Positions 58,088 through 64,000 of a stretch of 64,000 bases of DNA are shown here, piece after piece (the first letter of the stretch is position 1; every line of letters begins with the position of its first letter). The DNA lies in the IMG/VR virus record IMGVR_UViG_3300027712_000018, one strand, 5' to 3'. The stretch comes from a virus. The notes below the pieces were generated by a model. The model worked only from the letters and a program-made list of their open reading frames with translations, did no database searches and was not told the origin of the DNA. The position numbers and the translations under genes were made by a program.

Positions 58088-58758
58088 GCCTTATCTGCAA
58101 ATAATTCCCATTTTCCTTCGATTGTTTCGACCAAAACCGTACAGTGTTCGACCCAATCGCCTGTGTTCATGTAGTAGTCGGTCATCTTGGGAATGTGAGT
58201 GTGACCGCATATGACGGCATCGTAACCGTTTAACTTACCATATTTTGATAACATTTTTTCAGTTCCCGTCACTCGAAGGTATCGGTAAGGGGTTTGGTTT
58301 AGTGCCTCGGCACGTTCGATCCACTTGATAGGAATGAGGTCGCCTATTCGTGCCAGAGAGTTGATTAGCTTCTTGGGGAACCTCATCCACATATCGAACT
58401 GATCCCCATGCGTGACGAGGATCCTACGACCGTCTACAGCATGATAAACGTGCTTGTTAGCTATGGTGCAGTTACCGAAGCTGAAGTTGTATTTGAAGAA
58501 AGGTCTTACGAAATCGTCATGATTTCCTGGAGCGTAGTAGACTTTAGATGACATACTCATCTCTAAGATTTTTCGAATCACTTGCGTCTGTTTGTCGGTC
58601 CAGTATTGTTTGCGTTGCAGAGCCCATCCGTCAATGATATCCCCAACCAAAAACAGATTGTCACAAGTGTTAGAGTCAAGGAAACTCAGAAGCTTCTTAC
58701 TCTTTGCATGTCTTGTGCCTAGATGTAGATCTGAAATGAAGATGCTTTTGTAATGCAT
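58084..58758 (-). CDS. Calcineurin-like metallophosphoesterase, LpxH2/PlcP-type
   Basis: FISDLHLG, LVGDIIDGW, PGNHD, HGDQFD, ICGHTH and YMNTGDWVE. Confidence 0.82.
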   Translation of the reverse strand: MHYKSIFISDLHLGTRHAKSKKLLSFLDSNTCDNLFLVGDIIDGWALQRKQYWTDKQTQVIRKILEMSMSSKVYYAPGNHDDFVRPFFKYNFSFGNCTIANKHVYHAVDGRRILVTHGDQFDMWMRFPKKLINSLARIGDLIPIKWIERAEALNQTPYRYLRVTGTEKMLSKYGKLNGYDAVICGHTHIPKMTDYYMNTGDWVEHCTVLVETIEGKWELFADKA

Positions 58759-59427
58759 TTAGAACCCATGAATTTCAGTATATTTCTTTCGCAAAGCAAT
58801 AAAGTCGTGGATGTGGTCGTCTCGCTTCTCGACAAACTCTTGTGGTATACCGTCATCCGTCATCACCAAAGTCACTAGTTGACTGATAGGTTTACCTACC
58901 CGCTCCTCGAAGGCCACAGCGTAGAATGACTCTTGCATGAAGTAACTCTTGATCCACTCAGGCTTCTTGGCACGGCGAGAGGTCTTGAAGTCAATGATGG
59001 ACAACTTACCCCGCCACTCCGCAACCAAGTCTACACGACCCGCCACTTGCATGAAGTGAGAATATAAAGGCGCTTCTTGATACCAGATGTTGTTTAGGTG
59101 TTTGTCGAGCAGAGGCTTGATCTGGTTGAACATCTCAACGTTGATCGGCATCTTCTTTCGAATGTAGTCGGGCTTGTTGTCGATATATTCCTCGGCAATC
59201 AAGTGTACCTCAGTGCCACGGTCTGTGGCCTGCGTGCTTATGCGCTGGGCTTCAGCTTCCCCTACCCGTGCCTTCCACACGTCTAGGCCAGTCTTATCCT
59301 GAATGGCCAAGACGGTGGTGACAGATGGATACTTGCCACCACCAGTTGGGTAATAGAATCGTCCTGTTGGTGTAGTCTCACAGTATAAATCGGGAAGTTG
59401 AATCCCGTGGCTCACATGGTTAAACAT
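58759..59427 (-). CDS. PD-(D/E)XK exonuclease (T4-like phage exonuclease next to phoH)
   Basis: YPSVTTVL, W..RVG..EA, RGT.VH, AGRVDL..IIDFKTS and YFMQ..Y. Confidence 0.85.
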   Translation of the reverse strand: MFNHVSHGIQLPDLYCETTPTGRFYYPTGGGKYPSVTTVLAIQDKTGLDVWKARVGEAEAQRISTQATDRGTEVHLIAEEYIDNKPDYIRKKMPINVEMFNQIKPLLDKHLNNIWYQEAPLYSHFMQVAGRVDLVAEWRGKLSIIDFKTSRRAKKPEWIKSYFMQESFYAVAFEERVGKPISQLVTLVMTDDGIPQEFVEKRDDHIHDFIALRKKYTEIHGF

Positions 59428-60188
59428 TACAATCCTAATTTGTCTCTAGCTATGATGTATGACTTCACAAGGTCAGATCTTACTATATCATCAACAAAGA
59501 ATTCTGTAAACTCAAATTCTTCCATTCCACGAATGATTCGAATGAAATCGGCGATACCCGATTGTTCGTTGAACCTTTTGTTGGTCAAGTCGTCTTGTTT
59601 GATGTCACCCGCAAAGATGATCTTGCAGTTCTGGCCAACACGTGTCATGACGGTATGGAGCTCACCATCATTCATGTTCTGCATTTCATCAACAACAATG
59701 ATACAGTTATCAAAAGTAACGCCACGAAGGAACGAGGTGGATCTGAACTCTATCATATTCTTTTGTTTTAGAATCGAATACGCATCGCCTCGACCAAACA
59801 ACTTTTCACAGATAGGTGGATAAGGCTCTTCGTATACTGCCTCTTTCTGTCCACGAGTTCCTGGCATGAATCCTTGGTCACGTGTCGATACCGTAGATCT
59901 GATGAGCCAAACTTTCTCATGATCGTTTCTTTTATCAAAAACGTCTTTGAGAGCGAAGTACAGAGCCATGAAGGTCTTACCTGTACCAGCGATACCATGT
60001 AACATCACGTTATTGCCTGCGGCCCAAGACTCGAAAGCCTTGCGTTGGTTTTCTGTCATAGGCTGAATATCGGCGGTGATGCCAAATCCTGCTGACAGTT
60101 TGTTACCATCTTCAAGTACACCGTCTTGTTTTAATACTCTCTTCTGTCTTTTTGAAATTCTGGACGATCTTTGTTGTTGAAAAGCCAT
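59427..60188 (-). CDS. phoH: PhoH-family ATPase
   Basis: GIAGTGKT, GFMPG, SFLRGVTF, DEMQN, TRVG, GDIKQ and DIVRS. Confidence 0.93.
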   Translation of the reverse strand: MAFQQQRSSRISKRQKRVLKQDGVLEDGNKLSAGFGITADIQPMTENQRKAFESWAAGNNVMLHGIAGTGKTFMALYFALKDVFDKRNDHEKVWLIRSTVSTRDQGFMPGTRGQKEAVYEEPYPPICEKLFGRGDAYSILKQKNMIEFRSTSFLRGVTFDNCIIVVDEMQNMNDGELHTVMTRVGQNCKIIFAGDIKQDDLTNKRFNEQSGIADFIRIIRGMEEFEFTEFFVDDIVRSDLVKSYIIARDKLGL

Positions 60189-60198
60189 ATTGTGCTCC

Positions 60199-60435
60199 TT
60201 AGTTGCGAGTCTCGATTGTACCGTGTGGGTGGGCGCTCTTGGCCTTCTTTAGGACATCATTGAATCCGTTATCTATTCGGCGGACTCCTAGACGTACTGA
60301 GTCGCCAAAGGCAACAACTGGTGGGACTTGCATGTATTTGGGATTTTGTTCTAGAAACGATTCTCTTTCTGCTAGTGATAAGACCTGAGTAGTTTCTTCT
60401 AATGTTTCTTTGTTTCGAAACGTATATGTTGGCAC
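60199..60435 (-). CDS. FmdB-like small protein
   Basis: GTG start at 60435 with AAGGAG RBS: (M)PTYTFRNKET...DNGFNDVLKK; usual phoH neighbour. Confidence 0.6.
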   Translation of the reverse strand: MPTYTFRNKETLEETTQVLSLAERESFLEQNPKYMQVPPVVAFGDSVRLGVRRIDNGFNDVLKKAKSAHPHGTIETRN

Positions 60436-60449
60436 ATCATGCTCCTTAT

Positions 60450-60480
60450 AAAAAAAGGGCAGCTGATGAAGCTGCCCTTT
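60450..60480 (-). terminator. Rho-independent terminator
   Basis: AAAGGGCAGC-TTCATCA-GCTGCCCTTT-TTTT. Confidence 0.8.
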
Positions 60481-60497
60481 CACTTCTACCATCAAGG

Positions 60498-60505
60498 TAT
60501 TTATA
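60498..60505 (-). promoter_or_regulatory. TATAAATA late-promoter motif overlapping a stop codon
   Basis: Exact motif; includes the TAA of the upstream gene. Confidence 0.5.
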
Positions 60506-61082
60506 CAATCGTCTCGTAAATCTCTTTCCAACTTTTGACCTTGATGATGCCGTCATGATCGTAATCTTTGTTGTGTCCATGTTCGATCAAGACAGCGCAC
60601 AAACCAAGTTTCAGACCAACCTCAGCGTTTTCGGGTTTATCTTCAACCCAAAAACAACCGCTACCAGCGTAGGGAAGAAGAGCTTCGTCCTTGTCAGCAC
60701 CCGTATCCAAACAGATGATCTTTTCAAAGACAGTCTCACCAAACACGGCGTGAAGGTTTTTCTCCCGTAATTTTCCAGCGTAGGGGTCAAGACTCAAAGA
60801 AGTGATACAGTGGAAGACGAACCCGTGCTCCTCATGCAACATCCGAACGTATTTGATGGCGTCCCGAAACGGGGTTAACCAACCAATCGCAGCAGAATCG
60901 TTGAACTCGGCGATCAGTTCCCGAGCCCGAGCCTTCGTGATCCCCCAAGCTTTCCCTTGGTCATAGACCGTGGGGTCAACCAGAGTGTGACCGTGACTAA
61001 TCATCCATTCCCGAAAGGAGTATTCCCAATCAAGAAGAACACCGTCACAGTCAACAAGGATCACTTTTTCATGCAAATTCAT
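60501..61082 (-). CDS. HAD-family 5'(3')-deoxyribonucleotidase-like protein (T4 30.2 type)
   Basis: ILVDCDGVLLDW, ITSLS, KD.AL and WVEDKPENA. Confidence 0.8.
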   Translation of the reverse strand: MNLHEKVILVDCDGVLLDWEYSFREWMISHGHTLVDPTVYDQGKAWGITKARARELIAEFNDSAAIGWLTPFRDAIKYVRMLHEEHGFVFHCITSLSLDPYAGKLREKNLHAVFGETVFEKIICLDTGADKDEALLPYAGSGCFWVEDKPENAEVGLKLGLCAVLIEHGHNKDYDHDGIIKVKSWKEIYETIV

Positions 61083-61469
61083 TTAGGCAGCTTTCAAGGT
61101 AAGTTCAACTTCTTCGAACAAGGGTTTCGTGTTGCTGGCGACGAACCAACCTTCGCCGTCCCACAAGTAGAGGTAGGGGACATGGGACACTTGGCCCTCT
61201 TCAGTCAGCTCAATCAAGTATTCCTCAACCGAGCCGAAGGTCATCGGTTTGTCTTTGTGAACCGCTTCCGCCAAGCTCTTAGTGTAGTCGATGTAGAGAG
61301 CGGAGAGGTAACCACCGTAGGCGACCGTATCGGCAGCGGTGGTGGTGTTGTAGCTTTCGGTCAAGGTCTGACCGTTGCCACCGACGATATAACCGTCATA
61401 GTGGCAGTAAGAGGCGACGACTTCGCCAGTGGTTTCGTTCCAAACGCCGATCAAAGATGCAGTACCCAT
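61083..61469 (-). CDS. Conserved hypothetical early protein
   Basis: YCHYDGY and YLYLWDG..W motifs; behind a promoter cassette. Confidence 0.6.
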   Translation of the reverse strand: MGTASLIGVWNETTGEVVASYCHYDGYIVGGNGQTLTESYNTTTAADTVAYGGYLSALYIDYTKSLAEAVHKDKPMTFGSVEEYLIELTEEGQVSHVPYLYLWDGEGWFVASNTKPLFEEVELTLKAA

Positions 61470-61495
61470 GAGGATCTCCTTTTCCCTACACTACT

Positions 61496-61524
61496 AATAT
61501 AGTCACTACGCCTAGGAATGTCAA
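61496..61524 (-). promoter_or_regulatory. Early promoter cassette copy (N17)
   Basis: TTGACATTCCTAGGCGTAGTGACTATATT. Confidence 0.75.
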
Positions 61525-61527
61525 GCC

Positions 61528-61722
61528 CTAATCGAAGAAATTTCCTTCGACCCAGCGAAATTGTGTCTCTTTATCGAGCACGTGAATGCTCATCCAAGCA
61601 CCGGGTGGACCTTCCTCAGGCCAGACCAGCAACTTGTTTGCCTCGACCATCGCCTCGCCGACTGTATCGGTCTCAGTGGTCAGAGTTTTACCGTAGGCGG
61701 TAAATTCATATATGGGCATCAC
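61528..61722 (-). CDS. Hypothetical early protein
   Basis: AAGGAG RBS; 64 aa. Confidence 0.5.
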   Translation of the reverse strand: MMPIYEFTAYGKTLTTETDTVGEAMVEANKLLVWPEEGPPGAWMSIHVLDKETQFRWVEGNFFD

Positions 61723-61729
61723 GTTCTCC

Positions 61730-62086
61730 TTAAGAACCAGTTACTAACGCCAAGGATCCATCCGACGACTGTGTGAACCCTTCAATGTAAATGTGCCAGT
61801 CGCCTTCGACCGCCACCGCTTCTTTGATCACTTGTTCAGCTGCACGATAGAGTTCTGCAACCGAACCGTTTTTCGCAACCGCCCGATAGGTCACTTCAGG
61901 TGCCGTCTGCGACAAGAGTTGTTCGATAGTCGAACCTTTCGCATAGACAGTGTATTTGACAACCCATTCGTAGTCATCAAGTACTTTGTCTTCCATGTGA
62001 AGGTCATCACCGATAGACCAACGGGAGACGTAACCTAGCTCGGACTGTTTCTCAATCCAATACGTAATGTTCTGCATATCCATCAC
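61730..62086 (-). CDS. Hypothetical early protein
   Basis: Ends GDWHIYIEGF...LVTGS. Confidence 0.55.
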   Translation of the reverse strand: MMDMQNITYWIEKQSELGYVSRWSIGDDLHMEDKVLDDYEWVVKYTVYAKGSTIEQLLSQTAPEVTYRAVAKNGSVAELYRAAEQVIKEAVAVEGDWHIYIEGFTQSSDGSLALVTGS

Positions 62087-62235
62087 ACTAACTCCTTCAA
62101 CAGTTTTTCGAACTCGGCTTTCATACCGTAGGCGGCTTTGAGCGACCGCTCACGCTCAACGACATCTTCAATCAACATATAAGCGGCGATGTTCTTTTCA
62201 CACGCAGCGATGTAACTCAGAAGTGCTTCTTTCAT
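62083..62235 (-). CDS. Hypothetical early protein (50 aa, not in ORF track)
   Basis: MKEALLSYIAACEKN...LLKELV; first ORF after the promoter at 62264. Confidence 0.5.
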   Translation of the reverse strand: MKEALLSYIAACEKNIAAYMLIEDVVERERSLKAAYGMKAEFEKLLKELV

Positions 62236-62263
62236 GACGAACCCTTTCGTTCCCTACACTACT

Positions 62264-62291
62264 AATATAGTCATTTTGAAAAGAATGTCAA
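62264..62291 (-). promoter_or_regulatory. Early promoter cassette copy
   Basis: TTGACATTCTTTTCAAAATGACTATATT, same core as the 52757 copy. Confidence 0.8.
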
Positions 62292-62295
62292 GCCC

Positions 62296-62520
62296 CTATT
62301 TGAAGTAAACGTGAAGATATTTGTAGAGGCCAGCGTCACCCGCCAGAATTTCAGTGCCGTCGATCAGGAAGGTTTTGTTTCCTTCGACAACGGTCACCTG
62401 AATGTCTTTGCCATATTTGGTACGGGTTTCGGTGATGGTCCCAAGGAAGGGAACCCCATCATAGAAACCTGTCACTTCGCAACCGACAGCGTTATAGAGA
62501 GCGTTCATAAACTCGTTCAT
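62296..62520 (-). CDS. Hypothetical early protein
   Basis: Likely start MNEFMNAL at 62520. Confidence 0.5.
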   Translation of the reverse strand: MNEFMNALYNAVGCEVTGFYDGVPFLGTITETRTKYGKDIQVTVVEGNKTFLIDGTEILAGDAGLYKYLHVYFK

Positions 62521-62521
62521 C

Positions 62522-62653
62522 TCAGGCCTCACAAACCATAAAGGACACCAGACGGGTCATGATGTAATCATCTTCCGTCATCTCATCCACAGCGGCGAAC
62601 AACGAAACTACAGCTTCGTTCATCCAGCCCATCATCATCTCAGCAGTAACCAT
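62522..62653 (-). CDS. Hypothetical early protein (43 aa, not in ORF track)
   Basis: MVTAEMMMGWMNEAVV...VCEA behind GAGGAG and the promoter at 62681. Confidence 0.4.
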   Translation of the reverse strand: MVTAEMMMGWMNEAVVSLFAAVDEMTEDDYIMTRLVSFMVCEA

Positions 62654-62680
62654 CTCGACATCTCCTCTGTCTACACTATC

Positions 62681-62708
62681 AATATATACATTTTCAAAAG
62701 AATGTCAA
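62681..62708 (-). promoter_or_regulatory. Early promoter cassette copy
   Basis: TTGACATTCTTTTGAAAATGTATATATT. Confidence 0.78.
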
Positions 62709-62720
62709 GCCAGCAAATGC

Positions 62721-62746
62721 AAAAAAGTGAGCCGAAGCCCACTTTT
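62721..62746 (-). terminator. Rho-independent terminator
   Basis: AAAAGTGGGC-TTCG-GCTCACTTTTTT directly upstream of a promoter cassette. Confidence 0.8.
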
Positions 62747-62747
62747 C

Positions 62748-62948
62748 TTAGAATAAAGGAGTGAACATAGTAGCCATGACGTTCGAAGTACTATCGGACT
62801 GATCGTCAAAGAAGTCATCTCGCTTCTTGATCTTGTTTCGACGTTCTTCTCGAATCTGCGAGCGCTTGCGGTCAGAAGTGTCATCGTCACGATCACCCCA
62901 ATCGTTGTCATACCATTGCTCTTCGTATGACTTATTCTTCTTCGCCAT
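62748..62948 (-). CDS. Small highly charged hypothetical protein
   Basis: Likely start MAKKNKSYEEQW at 62948 (GAGG RBS). Confidence 0.5.
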   Translation of the reverse strand: MAKKNKSYEEQWYDNDWGDRDDDTSDRKRSQIREERRNKIKKRDDFFDDQSDSTSNVMATMFTPLF

Positions 62949-63375
62949 TCTTTTCCTCGTTAGTGATGATATTGCCAAAGGCTTCGTTGATCAACTTAAT
63001 CGTAAGACCCTTGTATCCTTTTTGTGCAATCATGTCAACCAAAAGTTTGGCATCTTCACGGTGGACTGTCTCAAGAATTTGAATGAAAATCTGCTCCCGT
63101 TTTGTTTTGGTAAGATTTTCTCCGCCGAATCCATCGGCCAGATACTTGAGTTTGCGAGCTTCTTTGTAGAGAGCTCCATGGTTCTCTACCGCAGTTGAGG
63201 CGTTGAAGATTGGCGGGGTGCTGGGAACCAAGAACTTGACTTTCTTCTTGTCATACATAGCTACTAGAACCTCTCGTAGCGCTGTAGAGTCGTTATTCTT
63301 TAGGTATGTCACCTTTTCGTCACGTGTCTTCAACTCACACGTCTTGTTAATAATCTCTGAAATCATTTGTACCAT
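62932..63375 (-). CDS. Conserved T4-like hypothetical protein downstream of rnh
   Basis: LYKEARKLKY...KREQIFIQILETVH..DAKLL motif. Confidence 0.7.
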   Translation of the reverse strand: MVQMISEIINKTCELKTRDEKVTYLKNNDSTALREVLVAMYDKKKVKFLVPSTPPIFNASTAVENHGALYKEARKLKYLADGFGGENLTKTKREQIFIQILETVHREDAKLLVDMIAQKGYKGLTIKLINEAFGNIITNEEKNGEEE

Positions 63376-63376
63376 G

Positions 63377-64000
63377 TTAAAATTCCGATAGGCTTTCCAT
63401 TAGGTTTCTAAGTTTGTTGTTCATGAAATAGTTGACCAACTGTGATTTGTCTTTAGTATTCTTCTCTTCGAACTTCTCAATCACTTGAGCCTTGATAGAC
63501 TCAGGTACATAGTTTAGATCAATGAGCATTTGATTACGCTTGAAGTTACGTAAGATCTGTTCATTGGTGATAGTGCCACTCAGTTCAGTTAAACGTTTCT
63601 GAGTGATAGGCTTTTGACGTTCGCCGATAACCAAGCAGTTGTCGGGTGATAGAACGTTTGGCACGCCGTCTCCAGCGTCACCCTTGATAATATGTTCAAG
63701 GAGATACTGCTCAGGGTCAGAGTGTTTGATCCAACGTTTGCGAATCGGATCAAACTGGTCAATGTTGGCATATTTATGCAACTGGATATAGTCCTTGTCC
63801 GACGACAGAATCAGGATCTTTTCACCAGAGTTCAGGATAGTTCCTTTGAGGTGGCCGATAGTACCAATGATATCGTCTGCTTCGGCAGTCTCAATCTGAA
63901 TCACTTTGTAGGGAAAGAATGTCTTGATTTCTTCTCGAACCCTATTCAAGGATACGAAGATAGCATTCCAATCAAGTTCAGACTCTTCACGATTCTTCTT
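63377..64000 (-). CDS. rnh: T4-type RNase H (5'-3' exonuclease), C-terminal part
   Basis: EADDIIG, ILSSDKDYIQL, HIIKGDAGDGVPNVLS and RNQMLIDL; frame open to the window edge. Confidence 0.93.
   Translation of the reverse strand, partial: KKNREESELDWNAIFVSLNRVREEIKTFFPYKVIQIETAEADDIIGTIGHLKGTILNSGEKILILSSDKDYIQLHKYANIDQFDPIRKRWIKHSDPEQYLLEHIIKGDAGDGVPNVLSPDNCLVIGERQKPITQKRLTELSGTITNEQILRNFKRNQMLIDLNYVPESIKAQVIEKFEEKNTKDKSQLVNYFMNNKLRNLMESLSEF

Noticed and set aside
60436-60531. N-terminal extension of ORF 60199-60531
   Set aside because: It runs through a terminator. The GTG at 60435 with an AAGGAG RBS gives the family-typical MPTY start.
51816-62708. The repeated ~40-bp element as a CRISPR array, with the exonuclease at 58759 as Cas4
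   Set aside because: Copies are separated by whole genes (0.2-3.7 kb) and match -35/-10 promoter boxes. The exonuclease lacks the Cas4 four-Cys cluster and is the usual phoH neighbour.
1-64000. Alternative genetic code, introns or inteins
   Set aside because: Core genes are full length under the standard code with all three stop codons used, and no intein or intron/homing-endonuclease interruptions were recognised.

Overview
This window is 64 kb of a large T4-like (T4-superfamily) myovirus genome. The host is most likely an Alphaproteobacterium, inferred from the permuted tmRNA with tag ANENFAPVAYALAA and from CTTGAC-N16-CTATAT promoters. Layout from left to right: (1) gp15 (partial), gp14, a HAD protein and gp13 neck genes; (2) about 25 kb of mosaic tail-fibre and virion genes, including an S74-chaperone fibre and a gp38-like adhesin; (3) baseplate genes gp8, gp7-like, gp6, gp25, an M15 peptidase protein, gp5, a hub protein, gp53 and gp48; (4) a + strand late operon of gp4, gp2, gp54/tube-like, gp26, gp51 and a probable tape measure; (5) gp32, gp59 and gp33; (6) an accessory region with a two-piece tmRNA, a small outer-membrane protein, an SleB-type hydrolase, DUF932, many small early genes behind a repeated ~40-bp promoter cassette, a nuclease/DruA-like/methyltransferase operon, DenV-like, PlcP/LpxH2-like, exonuclease, PhoH, a HAD nucleotidase and RNase H (partial). 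The strongest non-obvious signals are a complete -1 frameshift cassette joining gp26 to gp51 just upstream of the tape-measure gene, a circularly permuted phage tmRNA under a T4 late promoter, and a self-contained nuclease + DruA-like + methyltransferase operon whose MTase has a putative clamp-binding tail. All protein calls come from motif recognition and gene order; no database searches were run.
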